Below are positions 1 through 13,210 of a stretch of DNA of 64,000 bases, in pieces. How positions within the stretch are numbered: position 1 is the stretch's first letter; the number at the start of each line of letters is the position of its first letter. Origin of the DNA: Lama glama (Eukaryota); the NCBI GenBank assembly GCA_028534125.1, contig CM052817.1, positions 36,768,001 to 36,832,000 of the forward strand, read 5' to 3'. The position numbers were made by a program, and so were the translations under genes. The notes under the pieces are model-generated. The model saw only the letters and a list, made by a program, of their open reading frames with translations. It searched no databases and had not been told where the DNA came from.

Positions 1-803
1 AAGCTTTGAAAAAGAAAGGTTCTCTTTGGGACATGGGGGCAGTGAGGGAAGTAGCAAAGGACCAAAGGCAAAGTCTGTGGTAATACAGATTTGCCTTCAC
101 GCATGGCCTTTCCTTTCTCACTATGCCCAGTTCATTACCTGAACATCACCATCTAGTGTTTTACTGGTTGTGGTTCAGGTAAAAGTCTGAGTTGACCTCC
201 TTCATTTAGTCTCTGCATCTCTTACCTGCTGCTCTCGTTTGTCCTCATGTCACTCCTTAAGCTCTGACCATGCTGCACACCTGCTCAGAATTCTTCCGTA
301 GCTTCTCCAGTCAGGCTCCCACCTGCCTTTCAGCCTGATTACCACTACTCCCACTCAATATCAACAGGTAAAAATTATTAAAATAAATTATTATTTAAAA
401 AGCTTATGAAATGTAGATGAAGCTAACCAAATGAACATGAAGAAAATAGTATGACTTAAAAGTGGATGTTTGATCTTTAAGAAAATATTGCAGTCTTCAA
501 CAATAAAATCTCTTAGCTGTACTGACATGGAGTTACGTGTTTAAGGCTCTTTCTGACCTTGCACTAGTCGGGAAGTGGTGAGGTTCTAGTTATATGCTAA
601 CTCCAAACAGAAGTTGTCCATTAACTCCATTTCTTGTTTAATAAACTTTAAAGACAACCTTGTGAACAACTTTTGTTATGAGGGTGTATGCCAGTGTGTG
701 TGCGAAGATATTTCAACTGGTAACCAATTCTAGTTTTTGTTTCAAAGAAAGTATTCTGGTTTGTCTTTATCTTCTTTAGTTCATTATATATAGGTGGAAA
801 TAC

Positions 804-1374
804 TTTTTTTTCTGAGAATAATTTAAGAAGTTTATTGGGGAGAAACCAAAGATTAAAAAATGATCTTAACTTTGAGGGATGATCAGATTCTTTATATTCT
901 TTCTTTTTTAAAAAATTGAAGTATAGTCAGTTTACAATGTTATGTCAGTTCCTGGTGTACAGCATAATATTTCAGTCATACATATACATACATATATTCC
1001 TTTTCGTATTCTTTTTCATTATAGGTTACTACAAGATGTCGAATACAGTTCTCTGTGCTATACAGCATAAACTTGTTGTTTATCTATTTTATATATATTA
1101 TTTAGTATCTGCAAATCTCAGACTCCCAATTTATCCCTTCCCATCTTCTTCCAACCCTGGTAACTATAAGTTTGTTTTCTGTCTGTGAGTCTGTAAATAA
1201 GTTCATTTGTGTCTCTTTTTAAGATTCCACATATAAGGGATATCATATGGTATTTTTCTTTCTCTTTCTGGCTTACTTCACTTAGAAAGACGATCTCCAG
1301 TCCCACCCATGTTGCAGCAAATGGCATTATTTTATTGTTTTTTATGGCTAAGTAGTATTCCATTATATATATAT
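804..1374 (-). mobile_element. 5'-truncated young L1 3' end with probable ~80-bp 3' transduction
   Basis: ORF2 C-terminus MEYYLAIKNNKIMPFAATWVGLEIVFLSEVSQKEKEKYHMISLICGI, then L1 3' UTR and A-rich tail (~890-910). Flanking direct repeat taggtggaaat at 791-801 and 1375-1385. Confidence 0.9.
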
Positions 1375-2424
1375 TAGGTGGAAATTCTGATTCATAATTA
1401 CTTCTATAAATTTAAATACTACCATATTTACCTTCCAGTTCTTGGACTACAGTGAAAACCATCCTACCATAGAAGATTTGCTTTTTCCATTGTCATTGTT
1501 TTGTCTTCTTGTGAATTATAGGGAAATGGAGATGCTTTCAAAAAATGAGTGCTTAGTTCAATGCAAAATTTTAGACATTTGAGTACTTCTCAAGCCATGA
1601 AAGATTAAAATTTCAGTTTAAAAAATCTAAGCTACAGTATTATACCACAAAAATACTACTATTTCAATACTTAAAAAACATCATGGTATACTTAAAACAG
1701 GTATTTTAGTCAATCTTATTCTAATTTTTGACTGTTGGAAGTACACTTCTATTTAAAAGTTCTATTTTATTTTCACTTTTTTTCCACAGGAATCAGTCTT
1801 TGCCTCCTCTGTTTTTTTAAAAGTACCTCGTGTAATAGATATTTTTCACATTTATCTTATTTCTTCTTTTAGGGAGATAAACTTAAAGGTAGACCCATGC
1901 CATAGTCAACTTTGCATCCCTTAGTCTGCCTGGTATAGTAGCTACACAAACCTCTACTTGATAAATATTTGTTGAACTCAACTATCTACTGTTATTCTTC
2001 CTCATAGAAGAGCTGGCCTCACATTTCCCAATGCCTTACTGTGTCTTTCTCGTCATAACTAGGTGCTGAAGTCACTTGGGTGACTTCATAAAGGCATAGG
2101 TCATGTTAAGAAAAAAATATAATTCTGTGCTGTACTAATGTCCCTTTATTAATTTTCCATTGTCATCAGCTTCTTTTCAAAGTGATGGAAATTTCCACAA
2201 ACATTTTTAAAAATTTGACCTAAGCACTTATATTTAATCTCTTTGGAACTCTCTTTCATGAACAATGGAGAAAAATGATAGTTGTAGAATTTTTGGATTG
2301 ACTTTTCAACGTCCTTAAAACTTTCTACAGAGAAAAAAAGGTGATTTACACAGTACAGACTGGAGTGGTTCAGTACATCCAGTTTTTTAACAAAATTGTC
2401 GATAAAAAAATTATCAGTTTACTT

Positions 2425-2859
2425 GGGGGACATCAAAGGTTGAATTGTTATATTGAAGCCTAGTACCTCACAATGTGCCCTTATTTAGAGATGGGGTCTT
2501 TAGAGAGGTAATCAAGTTAAAAGAAGGTCATTAGGGTGGGTCCTAGTCCAGCATGACTGGTGTCCTTATAAAAAGGGGAAATTTGGACACAGAGACAAAC
2601 CTGCGTAGAGGGAAAATGGCCTCATGAAGATGGAGAGTTGGAATGATGCATCTCTAAGCCATGGGACACTAAAGGTTGCCATCAAACCACCAGGTTCTGC
2701 CAGCAAGGATCTTTCCCTACAGGTTTCAGAGGAATGCTGGCCCTGCCAACACCTTGATTTCAGACTTCTCACCTGCAAGACTGTGAGACAAGACATTTCT
2801 GTTGCCCTAAGTCACCAGTTTGTGGTACTTTGTTAAGAAAGCCCTCAGAAAACAATACA
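2425..2859 (+). mobile_element. MaLR solo LTR, MLT1B/C-like
   Basis: Typical motifs gaggtaatcaagttaaa..ggtcattagggtggg, gactggtgtccttataaaaaggggaaatttggacacagagac, ggccctgccaacaccttgatttcagacttct. Ends ...aataca. Confidence 0.85.
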
Positions 2860-4789
2860 AGGGCTTTAAAAAAAAAAAGTATACTGGTACCTCATTCTAC
2901 CAAATCTTTTTTTTGGCTTGAAGTATTTCAGATGGAAAATATATGTTAACAGTTTCAAATTTAAAGATAGAAAAATTTAAATGTTTCTGGTTTGGACAGA
3001 AAAAAAAAAAGATCAGTTTGGCTCTGAAAAGAATACAAATTCAAAAATAGTAAAAGCTGCTAAACAAAACTAGCGGTCATGCTAGTAGTAGTGTCTGTGG
3101 CTCCTGGATTATATGTATGAGAAATTTCCCAGATGTGATTGTCAGCCATTAGATGCCATCTCAGAACAAGAGATGGGGTGTTTTTAATGTAAGGCTCAGA
3201 GATTGACAAGCTTAATAATCAGTTAAACTAAGATTACTTATGTCATCTGTGTGAAAAACAGATTTCTTAGTGCTTCCTTTTCATTATATGCTTCAGACTT
3301 GAAGCTAGTTGATTATTATGTCTTCCCTGCACTATTGAAGGTGCCAGGAGATCAAGGACCATCTCTGACTTGTTCCAGGTGACTTGTTCGTGGCTGAATC
3401 CCAGTGCCAATGAGTGTACAAGGCATTTAATAATTGTGGGAGGAAGGAATAGAGGCAGGGAGGACAATGGGAGAAAGAGGAAGAAAGAATCAAATGACAA
3501 TTTCCTTGTCATTCCACCACAGTATATAGGCAGCATTTTAATTCTAATTCCTTTTAAAAATTAATATTGAGTGATATTGAAATGGTTTCTTTTACTTTTG
3601 GTAAATTAAAGTATTTTTATTTTCTCAGAATGAGGTTATGAGCCTGGGAGATGATCACTCCATTAGAATTATAGTTATTAATGATGCTAGCCTTTTTATT
3701 TTATTTTTCATAGATTGTGTTCCTATCCTTATTCACTCTCCTGGCCAATTGTCTTGTAAATGTCACCACACGGTGATGTGATGGAAAATAATTGCAAACA
3801 AAAATAACTTTAAACAAGTCTTCGGTGGGTCATATTTAAAGAATGTGTACATAATACATTTCAATTTGAGAATCTGTCGTGTTTTGGAAAAAAGAATGGA
3901 TTTTTTATTTAAAAATATTTCCAAAGGTTAATGCCATCATGGAACAACCCAACGATAGTTGAACCAAACTCTCAGGGAATTAGAGGAGCATCCGCCAGTG
4001 CAAGCAGGTCTGTATAAATACACATAGTTTGTAAATGAGCACAACAGAAGGTATGCTGGCCAGAGGACCAAGCTGGGGAACAAAAGCGAGAAAGAGAGAG
4101 GGCCATCCAGGGGGACAGGCTCACTCAGATCGCTCAAGGCCCTGGACCTGCAAGAGGGCTGCCAAAGCCACCTACTCTACCACTTGCCTGTCACCCTCTC
4201 TGAGCCTGGGCATAGCTGGAGACTAGGTTCACCAGCATGTTGGCACAGCCATCCATGACTTGGCACATCTCCTGGCCTCGGGGTCAGCCCAGCAAGGCTT
4301 AGAGAATGGACCTGTGTTCTCTGCCCTTCAGCAAGGACCAGGGAGGGGAGGCCCTGGGGCAAGCTGGATTATTTCCCTGAAAATATGATGGACAGGAGTG
4401 GTGAAGGGAGTTGGTTCCCCCAAAAGGACAGAAATTCATACAGTATGGCACTGTGGGGAGAATGAAACAGGGAGTTTCACCTGAGACTTACAGATTTGGA
4501 AATCAGAAAATTTCTTTGCATTCTGCCACTGACATGCTTTGACACTGAATAAAGCTCTTCATTGGTTTTTTTTCTTTAAAACTAAATCTCGCAATATCTA
4601 TATTGCGCTGATTACTTGATAACCATTCTTCAATGTTATGGACATCTTGGAAAAAATTTTCTGTCTGATTGCAAAATGCTGTATTACATTTCTCTATAAA
4701 AACTTACTCAGGGGATTGTTTCTTCTTGTCATTGAAAGAATGAAGCTAGCGTTAACATTCTCCACTGGAGACTGTGGCTTCAGGATAAC

Positions 4790-5045
4790 AAGGACCACAC
4801 ATTTTATGATTACATTTATATGAAATGTTGGACAGGGAAAATCCATAGCGACAGAAAGCACCTTAGTGGCTGCCAGGGCTGCGGGGAGGGGAAATGACTG
4901 TTTAGGGGAGGGGGTTTCTTTTGGAGTGATAAAATATTCTAAAATTAAATCGTGGTGATGGTTGTACAACTCTGTGAATACACTAAAAATTTTACACTTT
5001 TAAGGGATTTTATGGTTTGTAAATTATATCTCAATGGAAATGTAT
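4790..5045 (+). mobile_element. Old L1 3' end fragment (L1MB-like)
   Basis: aaatccatag.gacagaaagca..ttagtggctgccaggg and gtggtgatggttgtacaactctgtgaatacactaaaa...aattatatctcaat. Confidence 0.8.
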
Positions 5046-8000
5046 TTTTAAAAAGTCTCCTCCCTCTCCAAAATGTAGACTTTCAAAATTAATCTTTTCT
5101 CCTTTAGAATCAATCTTCAAGGGAGATGATTCAGTCATTTAAATTAAATTAACAGTACTCAAAATGGGATTGAACTCTCCCTTTTCAACTGACCTCTGAA
5201 TTGTTTCTCATTCTTTCAATATACTCTTGGAGGGCAAGTTTTCATACTCTGGGGATGAATATGATACTGAAAACGACTAAAAGTCAGTGCAACCAAATGT
5301 AATTAATGAGGTGTAAGTATAAAATGACACTTTCTTGTGTTCTCAAAAAATAACTGTGAATATTACTTCCAAAAATTATTTCAGAAACAGTTGGATATGG
5401 TTAGCATATTTGGTTTCAATGTAAAATCACTCTTGGTGACCTTCTGGAAAGAGCAGATTTACTTTCCCTTACATTTTGATGTATTAGTGAAAAAATAATG
5501 TTAGTACTTCATAGTGCTGCATCTTGGTTGTGATAGATGATGTGACAGCCCAGGATTATAATTAGACAAAATGTGCCCGGTGAAGAGTGTAAAGGTGCCC
5601 TCCACCTCTAGGCCTACTGGGTACAAGAAGTAAATTCTCTTCATTTCTTTTACGAGCAGAAGAGATGGTTTGCGATGAGTGTGGTAAGAGTCTCAGAAAA
5701 GCGGGCATGTGTGTGAATGGGGTCTTCCCCCCATTGAAGTTGACTGAACTCGACAAAGAAGGAGAGGAGATGACTTGGTGCCACTGATGCTACAGTCTCT
5801 TGTCCAAGGTCTTGCTTTGGGGGCTTCCATTGACTTCAAAGCACCCATGGCATCTGGGGGTTGTTTGTGCCTACCTGTGGTCAGCAGTCTGCTCTTATAT
5901 TGCTGGCCTGGGTAGTGGACCGAGTGCCCGTGTCCATGCCAGGCCAGCACCACTTGCCTTCCTGCCCTGTGAGAAAGCACATGTGGGTCCCTTATAACTT
6001 ACCTTGTGCAGCGTAGCTGTTGTGTTTGTTTATTTCACCTTATTGATGCCATCACATGTGGTCGAGTCTCAGAGTAGTGTTCTGTTCAAGGAGCCCAGTT
6101 CTCACCCAAACATGTTTAAAAAGATGTTCAATGTATTAATTGAGTATCTTGACAAGCATTAAAGTGCATAGAACTTATGGTCCTTTTGGACTCTTTCTTG
6201 GATCCCTGTTCCTTCACATTTCATTCTCTTTGATGTTCCAGCTTCTCATTTGCCAACTCCAATTCCCCCTCTCTTTCTAAGCCTTTCCCTTCCTCTCGGC
6301 TCTTGGGTTTTGTAGGATTCAGTCTTTTCTCCTACTCCGCATTCCAAAAGTCTAGACAGGAGTTTGGCAGAGATAGACTACTTCAGAGAAAGTGGATAGA
6401 AATTGGCTTGATAAATCAGGACTCAATTGGCATTTTTTTGAGGGATGAGGAGGAGTGAGGTTCTGAATACTGACTCTATCAATATTTTTATCACATTTAG
6501 TTTATAATTCTAATGTCTCCCACCACAGGTTTTCGTGTCTTTTTAGTGCTGCCTTCCCTGTGTTGTGTCATATGTTCTGTCCATTTCTCACAGTATCCTA
6601 GCTACCCATCCATTGCAAAGACAGTTTTTGGTTGTGATTATTGTTTTCATTACACCTTTTAGTTCTCCCATGTCTCTGACCTCTCTCTATTTCACTGCAA
6701 TGTCTTTTCTTATATCATAATTTGATATCTCTCCCTGGAGTCAAGCCGTGTATCCTTGCTGCTATCCTGAATCTCCTAAATGCTGAGACAGGATGGAACT
6801 AATAGATAAGACAGGAGGAGAGCAAAAGAAGATGTGCCAGTTGAGGCAGGGAAGGGTCGGCATGCAAGATGGAGATGCAGAGAGCGGGAGGGTGGGGTGG
6901 GGGGTTTGCCTCCCAGGAAGAAGCTCATCTAAAGACTGTACCACAGGTTCCCAGGATGATTCTAAAAGAAAGGATCAAAAAATGACTTGAAGAATGGAAG
7001 AACAGTCACACAGCCTTTCAGTGGGACTACTTTGAAGGGGATAAAACCATTTGACGTTTCACATTACGCTGCACTTAGGAAAGAATCACTTCCGTGCCTT
7101 CAAAGTCACGTCTCTGACGTTCTGTGCTACTGTCCTTCCTCTCTGAAAGAGGTTGACAGTCATCACTAACTGCAGAGGTGGCCCTCTTTCTTCCCTTCCT
7201 CCCTGCCTTTCTTTCTTTCAACCTAAGACTAGACAAGGGGCCAAGGCACTAACACATTTCCAAAATGTACGTGGGCTCGTGGCTATTTAGGAAACCTAAA
7301 TGCTCTGCTGTTTTACTTTCTCATGTAGGCCATCGAGAGTTGTTTCTTGCCCTAGTGAGAAACCTATAGGGCTTCTCTGGCCAGAGTCAAGAGGTTAAAA
7401 CAGGCAACAAAAGAGCTTTCAGAGATGAGAGTCTCTGGAACTTGAACAAGCAAGCCCTCATCTCCAGCCCTGCCTCTCACTGTTGATCTGATACAACAAG
7501 CTCATTTCTGGCTCTCTGCTTTTATATCTAAAGCACAAGTCTTTCAGCCTCCTTTCATCTACCCAAATCACTCCATTCATCAAGTCCAAACTCTCCCAAG
7601 ACTCTCTTTGCCCTGGCTCACATTAATATTTATGTTCTCTGAAATCCTAGCGAAGATTCTGGTTCTTGCATCATTTAGAACTTACACAATGTAAATGTGG
7701 GAAGACATAAATGGGGCAGAATGGAAGGATGAAAGGACTGAGGGAGGCTTTGCCAATCTGCATGGTTGAGCTCCCATAATTTGACCCAATTTTTCTTACA
7801 TTAAGTGGCAACTGCTTCCTAGCTTTTAGATCCAACCATAGTTACCCTCTTTTCTTAAGCTGTTAAGACATCACTCACAGAAATGATCAAATGGACCATT
7901 AATCAACTTAATGGGTGCTGTGTGAAGTTAAATACAAGACAGGCAGAGAGCCAGAAAATGATGGTAACCATGATTGGGCAATTGGTTAAGAACACATCTG

Positions 8001-8746
8001 TGTGGCAGACCAGGCAAAAAAATCTTGCTCCCTTTTCTCTTTCTTTAAATGTTGAAACCCAGGGCTGAAAGGGGAGCCTCTGAAGCATCGTGTTCATTTT
8101 TGCTTTGGTAGGTGGAGTTCACTAACCAAAATGACAACAAACACTTGGAAACGGAAGCTTCCTCTCTGGCATCTGTTCAGACCTCTTAAAATGTGTTCCT
8201 ATCTGATGTATAAGCCACCCAAGCACAAATTAAAAGCAGATGCTTCGTAGTTCTCCGAGGATATTTATAGCTCAGAATCTATACTTCCTGATCATCTCTA
8301 CCGCAGAACCATCTGAATAGGTAGTGAACATTTTGCAATAATTCTAGCCCCATTCTAGCAAATTTGACTTCCCTGTTTTGAAATTGGACTACACGTCTTC
8401 TTTCCTCAGTGGAAAAAATATCTTTGCAGGAGGAAGCTGAAGTATTTTCCATGATACATATGGCCTAGTTACACACTCACAAGGTTTGAAATGTTAACCA
8501 AACCGAAGAAGGACCATTTTAGGTTTATGTACTTGACTCCCTCCCTTGGTAAAGTCTGTTCTTCAGAACAGTAAGTTGAAATACAAAACACAACAACATT
8601 CAGAAAAATAGAATGCAAAACTTTAGGATTTCCATTGAAAGACATAAATATGTCATTTGGATTTATAAATCTAGTCTACCAATATTTATTATGTGCAATG
8701 CATATGCAGCAGGTATTACGGAGTTTCAACAAAGAAGCACCATTGT

Positions 8747-9580
8747 GAGGTGTCACCTCACACCAGTCAGAACGGCCATCATTAAAAAGTCTACAAATAA
8801 TTAATGCTGGAGAGGGTGTGGAGAAAAGGGAACCCTCCTACACTGTTGGTGGGAATGTAATTTGGTGCAGCCACTATGGATAACAGTATGGAGATTCCTT
8901 AAAAAACTAAAAATAGACTTGGCCTATGATCCAGCAATTCCACTCCTGGGCATATATCCAAAGAAAACTTCAATTCACTAAGATACATGCACCCCAAATT
9001 TCGTAGCAGCACTATTTTCGACAGCCAAGACATGGAAGCAACCTAAATGTCCATTCACAGATGACTGAATAAAGAAGATGTGGTATATATGTGTGTGTGT
9101 GTGTGTGGTGTATATATATGTATATACACACACAATGGAATACTACTCAACCATAAAAAATAATGAAATAATGCCATTTGCAGCAAAATGGATGGACCTA
9201 GAGATTATCATACTAAATGAAATGTCAGAGAAAGACAGATATGCTATATCTCTTATATGTGGAATCTAAAAAAATGAGACAAAAGAACTTATTTACAAAA
9301 CAGAAATAGACTCACAGACATAGAAAACAAATTATGGTTACCAAAGGGCAAGTGGGAGGAGGGATAAATTAGGAGTTTGGGATTAGCAGATACTAACTAC
9401 TATATACAGATATATAAACAACAAGATCCTACTGTATAGCACAGGAAACTATATTCAATATATTATAATAACCTATAATGAAAGATAATATATATATGTG
9501 CATAACTGAATCACTATACTGTATACCAGAAACTAACACAACATTGAAAATCAACTATACTTCAATTAAAAAAAAAGAAG
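8747..9580 (+). mobile_element. 5'-truncated young L1 (ORF2 end plus 3' UTR) with TSD
   Basis: HLTPVRTAIIKKS and MEYYSTIKNNEIMPFAAKWMDLEII remnants, poly(A) tail. TSD agaagcacc(a/t)ttgt at 8733-8746 and 9581-9594. Confidence 0.93.
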
Positions 9581-11699
9581 AGAAGCACCTTTGTTGCTCT
9601 TTGGCTTCACTAAATTGGACATCGTTGGGAAGAGTGCATGAAGATGGAAGTTGATAATGGAAAACAATACAACAGGTGTTGCCTCTATGTACATAGAAAA
9701 TGACAATTTGGGAGAGAGATTTTAAATTGTCGTTCTTTAATTTTAAACACACTTAAGGGCAGGCTTAATCAGGAACGGATTATGGAATAATGGACGATGG
9801 CTAGTTTATGCAGAAAATGTCAGTATTTCAAAAGGGATAAAGCCCTGGAGTAGGAGTAGTGAATGTGGACAAGTGAGACCCCACGGGGAGGGAACGTGCC
9901 CACATAAAATTTGCCTGACCACTTTGTTTTCTGAAGCCACCTTAGAGTTCCCTGTCTACAAAATAATAATTTTCCTCTGTCTTTCTGAAACTTACATTCT
10001 GAGTGACACTTTACTTCTTGAATTGGTCTCTTCTAACTCTTCCTCTCTTTCCTTAAACCCCACCACCTCCTGCTCTGAAGCATTTCCTACCAAACAAAAG
10101 AGGTGGTAATGAGGCCATTTCTACCCACAAGAGACTGATTGAAATAAGCATGTCCTCAATTTGCTTCACTCATCACCACACAAAGTGCTCCTACCATTTT
10201 TCCTGAACACAATACAATTTGGGGGTATTTAGTTTACACGGTATTTCCATTTAGTTGTCTTCCCCCTTTTTCTGTCTGGACTCATGTTTCTGTCCAAGAC
10301 AACCATAAGCTTTAAACAATATTGAACACAGAATCCATTAAGCAGATTAATGCTGAATTCAGTTAATGATTGGAAGTTATAAAGAAACATAACGCCTTAG
10401 ACGTTTAAAAAGGAAGTTTCATTTTTAACATTTGTAAGTCACAGCAGGGCTTATTGAGAAAGTTTCCAACCCAAAAGTAGTACACTGGCATCATCTTTTT
10501 AAAAAAATGAGACGTTTCAAGTCTTTTCTTTTTACCAACTCAAACAACTCAGAGTTTTTGAGTATGTTACAAAAATTGATTCAGTAGAAGATAAAAATGT
10601 GCTACAGTAGGGGACACAGGGGGAGTGATGGAACCTAGAAAGATTCTAAGGACACACATGTCCTTAGGACCCTAAAGCTACCAGCGCATTACTTAGAGAT
10701 TTCAGAGACCTCCAACACCTCCATTCCTCAACACCACGCTGTCCATTCTGTTTCTTCTCATAAGAAAATTAGGTTTTCATGGAAGGCAGGGCAGAGGTTG
10801 CTCCTGTACCCCTTTCTCCACTTTCCATTTCTTTTTAGCCAGCAAGCGATATCTCAGAGAGGTTCACAGACAGGGCAGCCCCTAAGGTCGCTGCCTCCTT
10901 TTTATTTCACTGACTCTAAAATTGAGGAATTTCTTATCTGAACTTATTTTTCCCGCAGGGTTCTGTTGAAAGTTTACTAGTAAGAAAACCTCACCAACAG
11001 AAAAGTGTTCAAGTTTGCTCTTCGTGCTGAAATTGCATAGGCTTCGGATTCACGTTTGTGGATCTCTGTCCTGTCTATGTTTCTTCCAAACTGTTTGGTC
11101 ACAGGCAACTTAACTTCTTCTTACCTGAGTTTATTTATCTGTGAAATTGGAATAAAATAATAAAAGGAGAAATCATTATTCCCATCATGGACACTGAACG
11201 CTAGCTTCTATCTCTTATTAGCTTGTTACTTGTCTTCAGAAAGTATGGATTACTCTGGAACAGGTTAGAAGCAGTGTCAGGGAGCCGCCTTCCTGAGATG
11301 GTCAGGCTGTAAGGATGAAGTTGATAATGGGTCTCAAGGCGCACCAATGGCATCAGTGTGGATTTTACCAGGCACTGCCTTCTGCCTGTTGCACAAGGGC
11401 AGCTCTGCTAGTTGGTCAGAATCAAGAACTCAGAGGTGCCCATTTCGAATCATGAGTTCACCTTGGATACGGGTGGCTTTGTTGTGTGTGTTCCCATGTT
11501 CCTTTGGCCATACTCTGTTCAAACTATAGTCACTTTGGGGTCCTCTCTTCTGCCGCTACAGAACTTTCTCTCATTGGGAGTAATGCTTCTCAAAAACATC
11601 TCTAGGTTAATCTCCTTTAGTCTTCTTCTTGTCTGTCAAGACTTCAGATCCACAAGACTGACAGTGTTCTGTTAATGATATTAGTAATAGTAGTGTTGA

Positions 11700-12230
11700 T
11701 ATTTAATAGCAGTACTATAAGTGGCTGAGACGTGTGTATCATTTACTGTGTGCCAGATACAGTGCTTCATATATATTAATTCTTTGAATCCTTCCACTAG
11801 CCCTCTGAAGAAGGTACGATTGCCATTACCTTTTTATAGACAAACTGCCACAGTTTATTAGCAATGTGCCAAGTCTTATAGCTAGTAAGTGGTGGGGCTG
11901 GGATTCGAACCCAGGCCATTTGGTTCCCAAGGTCTACTCTTAGCCTCTATGATGTACAGCTTCTTTATTAATAATGATAAATACAATTTATTTTGTGCTT
12001 TCTTCTTGCCTGTCACTATTTTAAAGTAGTTTGTATGCAATATTACACTTACTCTTCAGAACAATTCTATGAGGAAAGTTTTTGCTTCTAGTTTTCAGAT
12101 GAGAAAACTAAAGCTTAGAAAAATTAAATATCTTACCCAAGATCACACAGCTAGGAATTGGCAGAACCAGTTTTTCCCAAAGCCGCTGACCCTCACCTGA
12201 GTGCAAAATTGTCCCAGGTGTGTGCTCTTA
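11700..12230 (-). mobile_element. Two adjacent MIR SINEs
   Basis: MIR core motifs cagatgagaaaactaaagcttaga...cccaagatcacacagctag and gctagtaagtggtggggctgggattcgaacccaggc. Confidence 0.75.
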
Positions 12231-12729
12231 ACTTCCTCCAAACTTAATGGAAAATTCCAGTTAAGTTATTGGTTACTTTTTATGACCTCTTCATGGCATC
12301 ATATCAGGAAGATGTCTTTAAAACAATCTGAGGCAAACAACTTTATAAAAATTCAAATATTTATTCTTAATTTATAATTGGTGAGAAAATACTTTCTGAA
12401 TAGGGAGGGACTGGTATGTTCATAAATAAAAGTTTGGGGTGTGTGTGGAGAAAAGCAAGTTATGTGTTTTGACTGGAGACTGAGAGAGGGTAATAAATCT
12501 TGAAATTATACAGGAAATAAGCCTGAAGAGGTAGGATGTGGCCAAATCATGGAAAGCCTAGAAGGGCTGCTTTGGAGTTTTAATAAACTCTGTGGACAGT
12601 GGGGACCCACTGAGAGCTCTGTGGAGAACCAGGGTCCAAGCAGACTTAGGGAGACTGCTGGGAGGGTGGCAAGAGAAGTGGAGAATCTGCAGAAGTAGGA
12701 GATTAGGTAAAAGGCATCATTTTCATACA

Positions 12730-13081
12730 TCCACCGAAAGGTGTGCAAGAACCTTTATGTTTATGGTACTCCATTCATAATAGCAGCTTTATTCATTAAA
12801 AATCTGTTGAGTGGAATAATAAATAGCCATAAAAAAGAACAAACCGCTGCTATACACAATAATATGAATGAATCTAACAGATGTGAGGCTGAGTGAAAGG
12901 AGCCAGACACAAAAGAGTGTATCCTGGATTCCACTGACAGGAAGTTAAAGAACAGGGAAAACAAATCTGTGGTGAGAGAAGTCAGAATAGTTACCTCTGT
13001 GGGGGCAGATGGTGTTTATTGACTGGGAAGTCTTCTGGTGTTGGAAATATTTTATCTTTCTATCTGGGTGGGATTACGTGG

Positions 13082-13120
<39 letters not shown>

Positions 13121-13210
13121 CTATGTACCCATGTATATATGTAAAAATTCATTGACTTGCATACTAATAATTTGTACACTTTATGGTACATATGGTAACC
13201 CCAGGAAGAA
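12730..13210 (+). mobile_element. Old L1 (L1ME/L1MC-like) 3' fragment containing a (CA)n tract
   Basis: ttcataatagcagctttattc, gctgagtgaaaggagccagacacaaaagagt, aaaacaaatctgtggtgagagaagtcagaatag. Confidence 0.7.
13087..13118. repeat. (AC)16 microsatellite
   Basis: Read directly from the sequence. Confidence 0.95.

Noticed and set aside
10646..10667. 9-bp hairpin ctaaggaca-caca-tgtccttag
   Set aside because: Too short to exceed chance expectation, with no ncRNA context.
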